Assembly: GCA_965216565.1 (NCBI GenBank)
Contig: OZ244170.1
Coordinates: forward strand, 672,001-736,000
DNA: 64,000 nt
Direction of reading: 5' to 3'
DNA from: Bythopirellula sp.
GTDB taxonomy: Bacteria; Planctomycetota; Planctomycetia; Pirellulales; Lacipirellulaceae
Both the position numbers and the translations under genes were made by a program. Below the pieces are notes generated by a model. The model ran no database searches and was not told where the DNA came from. It saw only the letters and a list, made by a program, of their open reading frames with translations. Positions within the stretch are counted from its first letter, which is position 1, and each line of letters begins with the position of its first letter. Of this stretch, positions 9,082-19,161 are shown one piece after another.

Positions 9082-10416
9082 ATGGCGAAAATAGACCAAC
9101 ATCCCACCGTTCTTAAGGTTCGTAATCAAACTGCAAATTCCACGCAGGCAGAGAAAGTTACCGCAGCCCATCTCAGAAAGATTTGCCTGGAGTGCGGTGC
9201 CGACGATGCTGGCGTCGTCTCCATCGATCGGCCAGAGCTAGACGATCAGCGGGAAGATATTCTTAGCTATGCTCCTTGGACTCGCTCGCTGCTGGCGTTC
9301 GTTTGCAAGATGAATCGCGAGCCAATCCGCAGTGCGGCCCGTTCGATGGCCAACTTGGAATTTCATCGTACAGGTGAATCGGTGAACGATATCGCGCACG
9401 ATGTTGTTGCCAGGCTGCAAGGGCAATCAATTCGTGCTACCAATCCAGCCATGGGCTTTCCTATGGAGATGGACAACTTTCCCGGCAAGAGTTGGTGCGT
9501 ATCACATAAGCCCGTTGCAGTGGCAGCCGGTTTGGGGCACATGGGTATTCATCGCAATGTGATCCACCCACAGTTTGGTAATTTTATTCTCTTAGGTACG
9601 ATTCTGCTCGACGCTGATTGTGCGTCGCAGTCTGAACCGATCGAATACAACCCGTGCCTCGAATGTAAGCTGTGTGTCGCCGCGTGTCCCGTTGGAGCAA
9701 TTTCACCCGATGGGGATTTCAATTTCAACGCCTGCTATACCCACAACTACCGGGAGTTTATGGGCGGCTTTACCGATTGGACTGAGCAACTGGTGGAGAG
9801 CCAAAGTCGCAACGAATACCGCAGTCGCGTCGACGATGCTGAATCTGCCTCAATGTGGCAAAGTCTCTCCTTTGGTGCCAATTACAAAGCGGCCTACTGC
9901 TTGTCGGTGTGCCCCGCGGGGGAAGAGGTGATTCAACCATGGCTTGACGATCGCAAATCGTTTCTAAGCGAGAACGTTCGCCCTTTGCAAGAAAAGCTGG
10001 AGAACGTCTACGTGATCCCAGGTTCGGATGCTGAGGAGCATGTCGCTCGTCGCTTTCCGCACAAAAAGGCACGACACGTGAGAGGAAGTTTGCATCCCAA
10101 AGATATTGATAGTTTCTTGAAATATATGTCGCTTCAATTTCAGCCGGGGCAATCGAAAGGGCTATCTGCAACCTACCATTTTACCTTCACAGGGTCGGAG
10201 CAGAGAGCTGCGACGATCCGGATTGATAAGCAAAAGCTCGAAGTCCAGGCTGGCCTTCAAGGCGAAGCGAATCTACACGTCAAGGCCGACAGCAAGACTT
10301 GGCTGGGGTTTTTAGGTCGCGAGAAAAACCTGGCCTGGGCGCTGCTCACGCTGAGGATTCGCCTTTGGGGCTCGCCATTGTGGCTGGTAAAGTTTGGGAA
10401 GTGTTTTCCGTCTTAG
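9082..10416 (+). CDS. QueG/reductive-dehalogenase-like 4Fe-4S protein with C-terminal SCP2 (sterol carrier) domain
   Basis: 'SHKPVAVAAGLGHMG..IHPQFGNFILLGTIL', 'CLECKLCVAACPVGAI', 'YCLSVCP'. C-terminal ~105 aa 'ATYHFTFTG...ADSKTWLGFL' is SCP2-like. Confidence 0.75.
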   Translation: MAKIDQHPTVLKVRNQTANSTQAEKVTAAHLRKICLECGADDAGVVSIDRPELDDQREDILSYAPWTRSLLAFVCKMNREPIRSAARSMANLEFHRTGESVNDIAHDVVARLQGQSIRATNPAMGFPMEMDNFPGKSWCVSHKPVAVAAGLGHMGIHRNVIHPQFGNFILLGTILLDADCASQSEPIEYNPCLECKLCVAACPVGAISPDGDFNFNACYTHNYREFMGGFTDWTEQLVESQSRNEYRSRVDDAESASMWQSLSFGANYKAAYCLSVCPAGEEVIQPWLDDRKSFLSENVRPLQEKLENVYVIPGSDAEEHVARRFPHKKARHVRGSLHPKDIDSFLKYMSLQFQPGQSKGLSATYHFTFTGSEQRAATIRIDKQKLEVQAGLQGEANLHVKADSKTWLGFLGREKNLAWALLTLRIRLWGSPLWLVKFGKCFPS

Positions 10417-10592
10417 GCTGTTAAAGTGTTTTAGAGGATTAGTACATGCACAAAGACTACCCGCTATTGCAACTTTCCGGAAAATCGGATGTGGAAGTAA
10501 CATTGGGCGATTGAATTTGTTTGGGCCACACACCATATTAAACCTTCGAATTGAACCGTTGTTTGTCCCAATACTCTCAGGAACCAATAGTT

Positions 10593-11663
10593 ATGCCACT
10601 CGGATTCGCCATCGTCGGTACTGGAATGATCAGCCGTTTTCATGCGCGGGCGATCGAGGACGTACGCGGAGCCAAGCTGGTTGCCTGCTGTGATACGGCC
10701 GCTGAGCGTGCCCAAAAGTTTGCCGATGAAGTCGGCTGTCAGCCTTATGACGACCTGAAGAAGATGCTTGCCGATCCAACAATTGACGTGGTGACGATTG
10801 CCACGCCTAGCGGTGCCCATATGGAACCGGCGGTCGCCGCTGCCAAAGCCGGCAAGCACGTAATCGTTGAAAAACCACTCGAGATCACACTCAAGCGATG
10901 CGATCGAATTATCAACGAATGCGAGAAGCAAGGGGTCAAGCTTAGTACCATTTTCCCGTCACGGTTTCACGATTCGTCAGTTCTAATGCGTAAAGCCATC
11001 GACCAGGGTCGCTTCGGTCGGCTCACATTAGGCGACGCCTATGTAAAGTGGTACCGCACTCAAGAGTATTACGATAGCGGTGCTTGGCGGGGAACCTGGA
11101 AGTTTGATGGTGGTGGGGCATTGATGAATCAGGCCGTTCACACGGTCGACTTGCTGAGCTGGCTGATGGGACCCATTGAAGAAATCCAAGCTCAAACGGC
11201 CACGCTCGCTCACAAGCGGATCGAAGTGGAAGATGTTGCTACTGCCACGCTACGCTTCAAAAGTGGTGCCCTCGGAGTGATTGAAGCAACTACAGCCGCC
11301 TACCCTGGTTATCTCAAGCGAATCGAGCTGCATGGCAGTCACGGCACTGCTGTTCTTGAGGAAGAAGATATCAAGGCCTGGGACTTTGCCAAGAAGATGC
11401 GAGGCGACGCGGCAATTGAAAAGGCAATGAAGAAGAGCAAAAGCACGGGCGGTGGTGCTGCCGACCCGTCGGCCATCGGACATAACGGACACACTATGCA
11501 GTTTCGCGATTTCGTCAAAGCTATTAAGAACGACGGCACGCCTGCCGTCGACGGCCATGAGGGCCGCAAGCCAGTGGAGATCATCCTGGCGATCTACAAA
11601 TCGGCACAAACCGGGAAACTCGTCAAGCTGCCGTTGAAGAGTGACCCCAAGCTCGGTACCTAA
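10593..11663 (+). CDS. Gfo/Idh/MocA-family NAD(P)-dependent oxidoreductase
   Basis: 'FAIVGTGMIS', 'GKHVIVEKP', 'GGGALMNQAVH'. ATG at 10593 preferred over the TTG at 10551. Confidence 0.92.
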   Translation: MPLGFAIVGTGMISRFHARAIEDVRGAKLVACCDTAAERAQKFADEVGCQPYDDLKKMLADPTIDVVTIATPSGAHMEPAVAAAKAGKHVIVEKPLEITLKRCDRIINECEKQGVKLSTIFPSRFHDSSVLMRKAIDQGRFGRLTLGDAYVKWYRTQEYYDSGAWRGTWKFDGGGALMNQAVHTVDLLSWLMGPIEEIQAQTATLAHKRIEVEDVATATLRFKSGALGVIEATTAAYPGYLKRIELHGSHGTAVLEEEDIKAWDFAKKMRGDAAIEKAMKKSKSTGGGAADPSAIGHNGHTMQFRDFVKAIKNDGTPAVDGHEGRKPVEIILAIYKSAQTGKLVKLPLKSDPKLGT

Positions 11664-11683
11664 ATAACTTCAAACACTCTCGA

Positions 11684-13120
11684 TTAGCCAAGGCACTTCT
11701 TCAGTAACATTTCGAGCTCTTGATCTTCCTTTGAGTCGATGCCTAGCAAATCGATGTATAGGTTGCCTTGCTTAATATGCCCGACCACTGCTGGGGTTGC
11801 CTGGCGAAGTTGCTTGGACAGCTCTTCAGTTTGCATCGAACTTGATAATGGTTTGATTTCCATCGCCCAACTATCAATTCTGTTTCCCGGGAGGGCACCC
11901 CCGCCGGCGTAGCCTTCGCTCTTGCAAGGCGAAATATTCCATTGCGTGGTGACGGTTGATAGCCGAGTTGCCAGGATCGTCGCACGTTCTTCGAGCTTTG
12001 TGATTGGTGTTCGAATCAACTTTAGAAACGGAATCTCGTCATATGCCTCGGGAGCCGATAGGCCGCGCCGATAAATTGCCAGCGTTGCCTGGAGGGCGGC
12101 GAGTGTCATCTTGTCGACCCTCAGAGCCCGACTCATAGGATGCCGAGCTAACTGCTCAATGCAATGACGCTTGCCGACAATTATGCCGGCCTGCGGACCA
12201 CCAAGCAATTTGTCGCCACTGAACAATACTAGATCTGCACCTTGCTTGACGCTTTCCGTTACCAAAGGTTCTTTAGAACCAGAGAGGGTGGAGAAGTCGG
12301 CGAGCGCGCCGGAGCCTATGTCATGAATCACTGGGAAGTCACGATCTTTGGCGAGGGGGACGAGCTCGTCGAGTGCCACTTGCTCGGTAAAACCGACCAC
12401 TTGGTAATTGCTAGTGTGGATCAACATCAGCGCACCGGTGTGCTCGTTGATAGCAGCTTCGAAGTCTTCCTTACGCGTTCGGTTTGTAGTACCAACGGCA
12501 CGAAGTTTCGCACCATAGGCGCGAAATACGTCTGGGAGACGAAAGCCGCCGCCGATTTCTATCAACTGGCCGTGGGATACGACTAGTTCTCTCCCAGTAG
12601 CAAATGCTGCCAATACCAGTCCAGTTGCACCGGCATTGTTGTTGACCACCATTGCGGCTTCAGCGCCCGTTAGTGCGCAAAGATCTTCTTCCAGTAACTC
12701 GTGGCGTCGGGTTCGATTGCCTGTGGATAAATCCAACTCTACATTGCAATAGCCTGCCGCCTGAAGCACAGCGTCGATGGCCTGCTGTGGCAAAGGAGCC
12801 CGGCCCAGGCCAGTGTGAAGTAGAATTCCTGTTCCATTGATAACGCGACGAATGACCGATTGTTCGTGCAGTTCTAAAATAGAGAGCACTTCGCCAACCA
12901 GTTCCTCAAACACTGGCAACTGGGCAGACTGCTTGTGCACCAACCGAGTTCGCCAATTGTGGAGGCAGCTTCGCGCCGCCTCCAGCACAAAATTCCTCCC
13001 ATACCGCTCGGCTGCCTCGCACAATTTGGCAGCTAAGAGCAAATCGTGGACGCTTGGAAGTTGCCTCCGGAGATCAGACTCACTAGCAGTATCAGACTTA
13101 GCCGACGTAGGTCGTGTCAT
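11684..13120 (-). CDS. selA: L-seryl-tRNA(Sec) selenium transferase
   Basis: 'VINGTGILLHTGLGRAPL', 'VVNNNAGA', 'IEIGGGFRLPDV', PLP-lysine motif 'FSGDKLLGGPQAG', 'RALRVDK'. Confidence 0.96.
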   Translation of the reverse strand: MTRPTSAKSDTASESDLRRQLPSVHDLLLAAKLCEAAERYGRNFVLEAARSCLHNWRTRLVHKQSAQLPVFEELVGEVLSILELHEQSVIRRVINGTGILLHTGLGRAPLPQQAIDAVLQAAGYCNVELDLSTGNRTRRHELLEEDLCALTGAEAAMVVNNNAGATGLVLAAFATGRELVVSHGQLIEIGGGFRLPDVFRAYGAKLRAVGTTNRTRKEDFEAAINEHTGALMLIHTSNYQVVGFTEQVALDELVPLAKDRDFPVIHDIGSGALADFSTLSGSKEPLVTESVKQGADLVLFSGDKLLGGPQAGIIVGKRHCIEQLARHPMSRALRVDKMTLAALQATLAIYRRGLSAPEAYDEIPFLKLIRTPITKLEERATILATRLSTVTTQWNISPCKSEGYAGGGALPGNRIDSWAMEIKPLSSSMQTEELSKQLRQATPAVVGHIKQGNLYIDLLGIDSKEDQELEMLLKKCLG

Positions 13121-15083
13121 TGGATCCTTCTGGAAGTGGATTCGGTTGAATTAGGACTCTCACGTCTCCGATTCGTTTCGAAATTCCATTTTGGTCCAGA
13201 TAGCCACACAATGGAATCGCGTACTTTCGGGAAACTTCAAATGCCTCGCAGAATTGGCTAAGCGTCCACTGAGCATGCTTCTCCAGTCGCGGACCTAACT
13301 GCTCGAGGAGAAACTGTTTAGCTGTCTTGTGCAGATGCAGCCGGGCCCGTCGTGCGGCTTTTGCGCCACGAGAATCTTTATCTGGCAGTCGGACGAGTTC
13401 CCCCTGAATGACGGCAAGCTCTAGGAGGAGTTCTACGTCCTCCAGTTCGAGAGACAATTTGTCGGCCAATTCAGAAGCAGTTGGCGGAGTGAGTGCTGCC
13501 TCGTTACAGGTATCCAGAATTGTAGAAAGGTTCTCCTTTTGATGCTCAGAGAGCACCGGCTGCCAATCGGGTAGGGCCACCTGTGAGAAGTCAAACTCTA
13601 GCTGCCCCAACTCTCTGAGAAGATTCGCCAGTTGATCTATCAATTCTGGAGGATCGATCATTTTGAAATAAGAACGAATCTTGCTGAATGGAATGGTAGA
13701 TCGCGCCGGATTCTTGTCATGTTCTTTTTTTACAGATTCTAGCAGCCTTTTTTGCAACTGGTTGACTGTGTCGCGATGCAACCATCGACTATTGCTCTTT
13801 AGCTCGAAGCGGTAAAGCACGCCTTGGAGTTCCAGGTCTTTCAGTTCCGATTTGCAATCTGCCGCTCCAGAGCGGAGGGATAGTTCCTCTTTCGTCCAGG
13901 GAAGAGTTCCCGAAAGCGCAGACAGAGCAGCAATTCGCTCGGTGTCCGAACCATCTTGCAACATAGTGAGATGGGCCTGCTTCTCTTTGTCGCGAAAGTT
14001 AATGCGTGGGGCAGCTGGATCAATAATTCTACCGCCGCCGATCACATGGTTTTCCGTCAAGCTGCGTATGACAAATGCTTCACCCCAGGTAGTACTGACA
14101 GTTTCCTTCAAAAGCAATTGACCAACTTGGGATTCGCCCGAGGAGGTTAGGAGTTCGCTAGGGAGTCTTAGCAAGCCTACTGTTTCCGAGGTGCCGCTGT
14201 AGAAGCGAACCTTGGTGCGAGGCTTGAGAATACGGCTAGATACTGGGCTCGCCTGGAAATCAATAGATAGAATTTTGCTCGAGGCGATGCTCCCTGGCGT
14301 AGCAAGAATGTTCCCACGCTGCAACTCCGTGTAATGGACTCCTGCCAGATTTAGCGCGGCCCGCTGCCCTCTGCCGGCCCTGGGCAAACTTTGGCCATGG
14401 CCTTCAATACTTCGGACCGTCACGACCTTGCTGTCCGGAAAGACATGCAGCTTTTCACCACATGCTACTTCTCCGCTCGCCACGCTACCCGTAACAATCG
14501 TGCCGTGTCCTGGTGCAGTGAAGCATCGATCTATGGGCATTTTGAACTGGCCTTGTAACTTGCGAACCGGCAAGTCCTTGGCAACGTTCGCAAGCGTACA
14601 ACGCAAATTATCTATGCCTGAACCGGTTTTGGAACTAACTTCTAAGATGTGGGCATCTTGGAGAAAAGTGCCTGCGACCAAACTAGTCACATCTTCACGA
14701 ACTAGCGAGATCATGTCCTGGTCCACCAGATCAGACTTCGTGATCGCAATCGCCCCAGCTTGTACCTGCAAATGCCGGAGCACTTCAAAATGCTCGGTTG
14801 TCTGCAGCATCACGCCTTCGTCGGCGGCAACCACCAGCAGCGCCAGATCAATACCTGTCGCTCCGGCGAGCATGTTCTTCACGAACCGCTCGTGACCAGG
14901 TACGTCGACTACCCCCAGCAGCAAATCTTCGTACTCAATGGCCGCGAACCCCAAATCAACGGTCAGTCCCCGTCGTTTCTCCTCAGGTAGCCGATCAGTG
15001 TCGGTGCCGGTTAGCACTTTGATCAGCGAGGTCTTGCCGTGGTCAACATGACCTGCCGTGCCGAGTAAGAAATGTCGAACCAT
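13098..15083 (-). CDS. selB: Selenocysteine-specific translation elongation factor
   Basis: '[13 protein letters not shown]', '[15 protein letters not shown]', 'GQRAALNL', C-terminal WH4 motif 'SRKYAIPL'. Confidence 0.96.
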   Translation of the reverse strand: MVRHFLLGTAGHVDHGKTSLIKVLTGTDTDRLPEEKRRGLTVDLGFAAIEYEDLLLGVVDVPGHERFVKNMLAGATGIDLALLVVAADEGVMLQTTEHFEVLRHLQVQAGAIAITKSDLVDQDMISLVREDVTSLVAGTFLQDAHILEVSSKTGSGIDNLRCTLANVAKDLPVRKLQGQFKMPIDRCFTAPGHGTIVTGSVASGEVACGEKLHVFPDSKVVTVRSIEGHGQSLPRAGRGQRAALNLAGVHYTELQRGNILATPGSIASSKILSIDFQASPVSSRILKPRTKVRFYSGTSETVGLLRLPSELLTSSGESQVGQLLLKETVSTTWGEAFVIRSLTENHVIGGGRIIDPAAPRINFRDKEKQAHLTMLQDGSDTERIAALSALSGTLPWTKEELSLRSGAADCKSELKDLELQGVLYRFELKSNSRWLHRDTVNQLQKRLLESVKKEHDKNPARSTIPFSKIRSYFKMIDPPELIDQLANLLRELGQLEFDFSQVALPDWQPVLSEHQKENLSTILDTCNEAALTPPTASELADKLSLELEDVELLLELAVIQGELVRLPDKDSRGAKAARRARLHLHKTAKQFLLEQLGPRLEKHAQWTLSQFCEAFEVSRKYAIPLCGYLDQNGISKRIGDVRVLIQPNPLPEGSNDTTYVG

Positions 15084-15221
15084 AGGAATTTAATACTAAT
15101 TCTGCAGCCCTGATTGATCAAAGCGGCCAGTAGGAAACACGCACCTGTCTAGGTTATCATACAACCTGAAGCCAACAAGGAACACTGAACGCTGGCATTC
15201 GCAGGCCGAGCAAAAAAATTC

Positions 15222-17432
15222 TTGAACACAACACTTCCAACTCACGAAATCGTGCTCCTTGGTGCAGGGCATACAAACTGCCATATCATTCGCAAGTGGC
15301 GAATGAACCCGATTCCCGGTGCACGACTCACATGTGTTTCTGATCAACCGATTGCTGCTTATTCTGGAATGCTGGCAGGCACGCTTGCAGGGCAGTACGA
15401 GCAGCAAGAAATGCAAATCGATTTAGTGCGATTCTGTGCTGCCTGTGGTGTACGCCTCGTAGTCGCAGCGGCTACTGGACTAGAACATGAGAACAAGCGG
15501 GTACTGCTAGAGGATCGGCCGGCTCTCGATTACGATCTGTTGTCCATTGGTGTGGGGTCGCGTCCCCTTATTCCACTTGACGACAATATCGGTCTCTCGA
15601 TCAAGCCGATGCAAACCTTCATGAAGCGTCTGACGGATCGAATTGGCTCGGTCGCTGCTCAAAAACCCCAAGATCCAATCGATATAGTCATAGTCGGGGG
15701 AGGTGCTGCAGGAATCGAAATTGCGTTCTGCTTAGAGACCTTTCTGCGTAACCCAGGCGCAGGGAACTCACACTTTACCATTACATTGGTTGAAGCCGCG
15801 AATAGTCTCTTCAGCGAGAGCACGCAGCGGGCGCAACTGCTTGCTCAAAAAGAGTTAACGCAGCGCGGGATTCGAGTATTACTTGATTCGAGAGTTGTAG
15901 CTCACGAAGGAAGATCAGCACTGCAGCTCGAAGGCGGCGAACATCAGCCTTTCGATATCCTGATTTGGGCAACACCGGCTACCCCGCCACGGTTGTTCGA
16001 ATCGTTAGGATTGCCAAAAGACGATCGTGGTTTTCTGCTAACCAAGAATACTCTGCAAAGTACGGGAGCAGATGATGTGTTTGTGGTCGGGGATTCGGGT
16101 TCTGTGCTTGGTGAGCAATACGCCAAGGCAGGAGTGTACGCCGTTCGCCAAGGCCCCTTCCTCTGGGAGAATCTCCGCCGCAAAGTACAGGGCGAATCTT
16201 TGAAAGCTTGGCGTCCGCAATCCCAATTCCTTTCCTTGATCAATACGGGCGACGGCAGTGCCGTCCTTTCTTATCGGTCTCTTGCAGTGCATTCCCCTCT
16301 TGCTTGGAAGCTTAAGGACTGGATCGATAGAAGGTTCATGGCAAAGTACCAGGACTACAGCCCACCGCAGATGATGGCTACGTCAGAGAACTCTGCGGCT
16401 GAGATCAAGCAACAAATGCAGTGCGGCGGATGTGGAAGCAAGGCTTCTCCGCAAGTTCTACAGACGGCGTTGCCAATGCTGAATCAGGCCCAGCACGATC
16501 ATGTTTTGATGGGGCTCAGCAATCTAGACGACATTGCCCTGATCGCCCAACGCGAGGGGAGAGCGATTGCTGCTTCGACGGACTTCTTCAGTTCGTTTGT
16601 CGACGACCCTTTCCTGTTGGGGCGTATTGCAGCACAGAACGCGTTGAGTGATTTGTATGTCAAGGGAAGCAGCCCTAGGGCGGCTCTTTCGATGGCAGTC
16701 CTTCCTCACGGTTCGCCGCAGAAGCAAGCGGCTTTGCTCGATGAACTCTTGGCAGGTGCCGGACGTGAATTCCAGGCGGCGGGCGTTCCCATCGTTGGTG
16801 GCCACTCGATTGTAGGGCCTAAGCTTACCTTTGGATTCACGATGTTAGGAGACGCTGAGCCTGAAGGTGTTCTCCGCAAGTCTACCCTTCGAGATGGAGA
16901 CTGCCTGGTGCTTACTAAGGCACTGGGTACCGGTGTTTTGCTTGCCGCTCACATGCGTGCAGCTTGCCGAGCTGAGTGGTGGGGACCGCTCGTCGATTCC
17001 ATGCTCACTAGCAATGAACAAGTTTCCCAGCTCGCTGCACAATTGCCGGTGTCTGCTGCCACAGATGTCACCGGGTTTGGCCTTGCCGGGCATCTACTGG
17101 AAATGCTAGCCCCGGCGGACTTATCGGCAGAGATCTCATTGAGCTCGTTGCCGCTGTTACCCGGAGCGGGTGAGTTGTTCCAACGCAACTTCGAGAGCAG
17201 CCTTGCCCCTAGCATCAGGGATAGCTGCACAAGGCTAGAGACTTCCGAGGACCTTCGCGACTCGTCACTGCTGGGGATTCTTTTCGATCCACAAACCTCT
17301 GGTGGTGTTTTAATGGCCATACCGGAGGTCCATTGCGAAACGCTGCTGTCGGAGTGTGAAGGTGCTGCTACGCGGATTGGACGGGTCGTACAAAGAGGCC
17401 CTGGAGGATCGACTCTCGAAGTAACGCCGTAG
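15222..17432 (+). CDS. selD: Selenide, water dikinase fused to an N-terminal FAD/NADH-dehydrogenase-like domain
   Basis: N-terminus 'VLLGAGH', 'YSGML', 'IVGGGAAGIE', 'KAGVYAVRQ'. SelD domain 'CGGCGSK' (Cys codons), 'NALSDLY', 'GGHS', 'LTKALGTG', 'TDVTGFGLAGHL', 'DPQTSGG'. The TTG start is uncertain. Confidence 0.93.
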   Translation: MNTTLPTHEIVLLGAGHTNCHIIRKWRMNPIPGARLTCVSDQPIAAYSGMLAGTLAGQYEQQEMQIDLVRFCAACGVRLVVAAATGLEHENKRVLLEDRPALDYDLLSIGVGSRPLIPLDDNIGLSIKPMQTFMKRLTDRIGSVAAQKPQDPIDIVIVGGGAAGIEIAFCLETFLRNPGAGNSHFTITLVEAANSLFSESTQRAQLLAQKELTQRGIRVLLDSRVVAHEGRSALQLEGGEHQPFDILIWATPATPPRLFESLGLPKDDRGFLLTKNTLQSTGADDVFVVGDSGSVLGEQYAKAGVYAVRQGPFLWENLRRKVQGESLKAWRPQSQFLSLINTGDGSAVLSYRSLAVHSPLAWKLKDWIDRRFMAKYQDYSPPQMMATSENSAAEIKQQMQCGGCGSKASPQVLQTALPMLNQAQHDHVLMGLSNLDDIALIAQREGRAIAASTDFFSSFVDDPFLLGRIAAQNALSDLYVKGSSPRAALSMAVLPHGSPQKQAALLDELLAGAGREFQAAGVPIVGGHSIVGPKLTFGFTMLGDAEPEGVLRKSTLRDGDCLVLTKALGTGVLLAAHMRAACRAEWWGPLVDSMLTSNEQVSQLAAQLPVSAATDVTGFGLAGHLLEMLAPADLSAEISLSSLPLLPGAGELFQRNFESSLAPSIRDSCTRLETSEDLRDSSLLGILFDPQTSGGVLMAIPEVHCETLLSECEGAATRIGRVVQRGPGGSTLEVTP

Positions 17433-17526
17433 CCGCCCGCAGTGAAAAGCGTATATTGAATTGGTTGGCCATCTTTTGTGGCCAGAAGCGATGACTCGGC
17501 ATCAGCCAAAGTAGCAGTGATCGTCC

Positions 17527-17623
17527 GGAAGTGCGAGCCGACCTGGTGGCGGCCACGGTCTTCAAAACCGTTGTGCGGAATGACAAAAGTTTCGCAGGTG
17601 GGTTCGATTCCCATGCACTTCCG
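17527..17623 (+). tRNA. selC: tRNA-Sec (anticodon UCA)
   Basis: 8-bp acceptor GGAAGTGC/GCACTTCC, G discriminator, ACGGT-CTTCAAA-ACCGT anticodon arm, long variable arm, GTGGG-TTCGATT-CCCAT T arm. Directly after selD. CCA not encoded. Confidence 0.95.
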
Positions 17624-17847
17624 CTTTGCCCGCCAGAAGCTCGTGAGTTAACTGGATATCTCACAGGGGCATAGGCGTCACGGAACAAAAGTAGTAGGTG
17701 ATGAACGACTCGAACAATCTGCTAACACTCCAGGAATTACAGAATTACCCAAGAGCTGCGCTGCAGTGGGTCTGCTAGACGAGACTTTTCGCGGCAGATT
17801 GACGAAAGAGGATGTATCCAACCTCTTGTATCTTTCCGGAATCAAAT

Positions 17848-19161
17848 CTATTCCATCTCAATCCGCTCTAGACTGCCTACCAAAAAGACGTAGCTCAGTG
17901 CCGCCGTTAGAGTGAGCGAGCTGATAAAGATGAGAGCGGGGGCGAAACTGCCGTCTTTGACAAGGTGTCCGATCGCTGCAGGTACGATCATTGCAGAAAG
18001 TCCTCCGATAAAGTTGAACGCCCCACCCGTGAGTCCAACCAGTTTCTTGGGTGCCAGTAGCGACACAAAAACCCAGGTAATGGATGCCAGCCCATTACCA
18101 AAGAAGGCCAGTGATAGAAAAAACGTCACCCAGAATGGGTCAGTCACAAAATTGGCCCCGATCATACTTGTCGAGAGCAACAAGCCTGTAACGACCGGTA
18201 CTTTGCGCGCTACATTGGGATTCACATTTCTCCGCACGAGAAAGTCCGATAGCAACCCAGAGAGCAAGATTCCCACAAAGGCACATAAGAAAGGAACGGA
18301 AACGGCTACGCCCGACTCCAAAAAATCCATGTCTTTGTAATCTTTTAGATACTTAGGGAACCAAGTCAGGAAAAAGATGAGTGTGGCCCCTAATCCAAAC
18401 TGGCCGATGTAGATGCCCCAGAGCTTTCTTTGGCTGAGTACGAACCATAGATGGCTCCATTGGAACGGTTCGCTTATTTCGTTGTCGTCCTGCCCCGAAC
18501 CAATTAGACCTCCCCCAGCTTCGATGAGGGCGATCTCTGCAGCGTTCACTCGCGAGTGTTGTCGTGGGTCGCGGTAGAAAAAGTACCAAAATATGCCCCA
18601 TGCTATCCCAATGCCACCGGTGACGTAGAAGAGCGCCCGCCATCCCAGATAGTGTTCCATCGCCAGTAAGGCTGGGGTCATGAAAGCCAATCCAATGAAT
18701 TGCCCCGAAGTGTAAGTTGCAATAGCTCCCGCTCTTTCGTTGTCGGGGAACCAATTTGTGACAATTCGGTTGTTTAGAGGATATGAAGGTGCCTCGAAGA
18801 TGCCAACGCACACACGAAGCACAAAGAGCAGAATGAAACCTGTGGCAAATCCTTGAAAGAAGGTTGCCAGTGACCAGAGGATTAAGCAGACACTGTAGAA
18901 TCCTCGATTTCCGAACCGGTCGGCCAATATCCCTCCAGGGATTTGACAAAACGCATACGTCAGCCCAAAAGCAGAAAACAAATAGCCCATTTGCACAGAA
19001 TCTAGGGCCAGGTCTTTGCTGAGGAATGATGCCGCCACAGAAATGTTACTGCGGTCCATGTAGTTAATCACTACATTAACAAAAATAGCAACAAGAACCG
19101 CGTATCTTGCTTTCGTCGGCTTCTCGGCCCGAACCGGGCTGCCGCTTTGCTCTGTTACCAT
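17848..19161 (-). CDS. dgoT: MFS anion:cation symporter, D-galactonate transporter-like
   Basis: 'INYMDRSNISVA', 'QIPGG', 'WFPDNERA', 'FFLTWFPKYL'. Overlaps the end of dgoD. Confidence 0.8.
   Translation of the reverse strand: MVTEQSGSPVRAEKPTKARYAVLVAIFVNVVINYMDRSNISVAASFLSKDLALDSVQMGYLFSAFGLTYAFCQIPGGILADRFGNRGFYSVCLILWSLATFFQGFATGFILLFVLRVCVGIFEAPSYPLNNRIVTNWFPDNERAGAIATYTSGQFIGLAFMTPALLAMEHYLGWRALFYVTGGIGIAWGIFWYFFYRDPRQHSRVNAAEIALIEAGGGLIGSGQDDNEISEPFQWSHLWFVLSQRKLWGIYIGQFGLGATLIFFLTWFPKYLKDYKDMDFLESGVAVSVPFLCAFVGILLSGLLSDFLVRRNVNPNVARKVPVVTGLLLSTSMIGANFVTDPFWVTFFLSLAFFGNGLASITWVFVSLLAPKKLVGLTGGAFNFIGGLSAMIVPAAIGHLVKDGSFAPALIFISSLTLTAALSYVFLVGSLERIEME

Noticed and set aside
16421..16440. 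Sec at the SelD active site
   Set aside because: The codons are TGC-GGC-GGA-TGT (Cys-Gly-Gly-Cys), with no TGA.
16949..17688. Minus-strand ORFs of 221 and 106 aa over selD/selC
   Set aside because: They are antisense shadows of selD and tRNA-Sec with no recognisable motifs.
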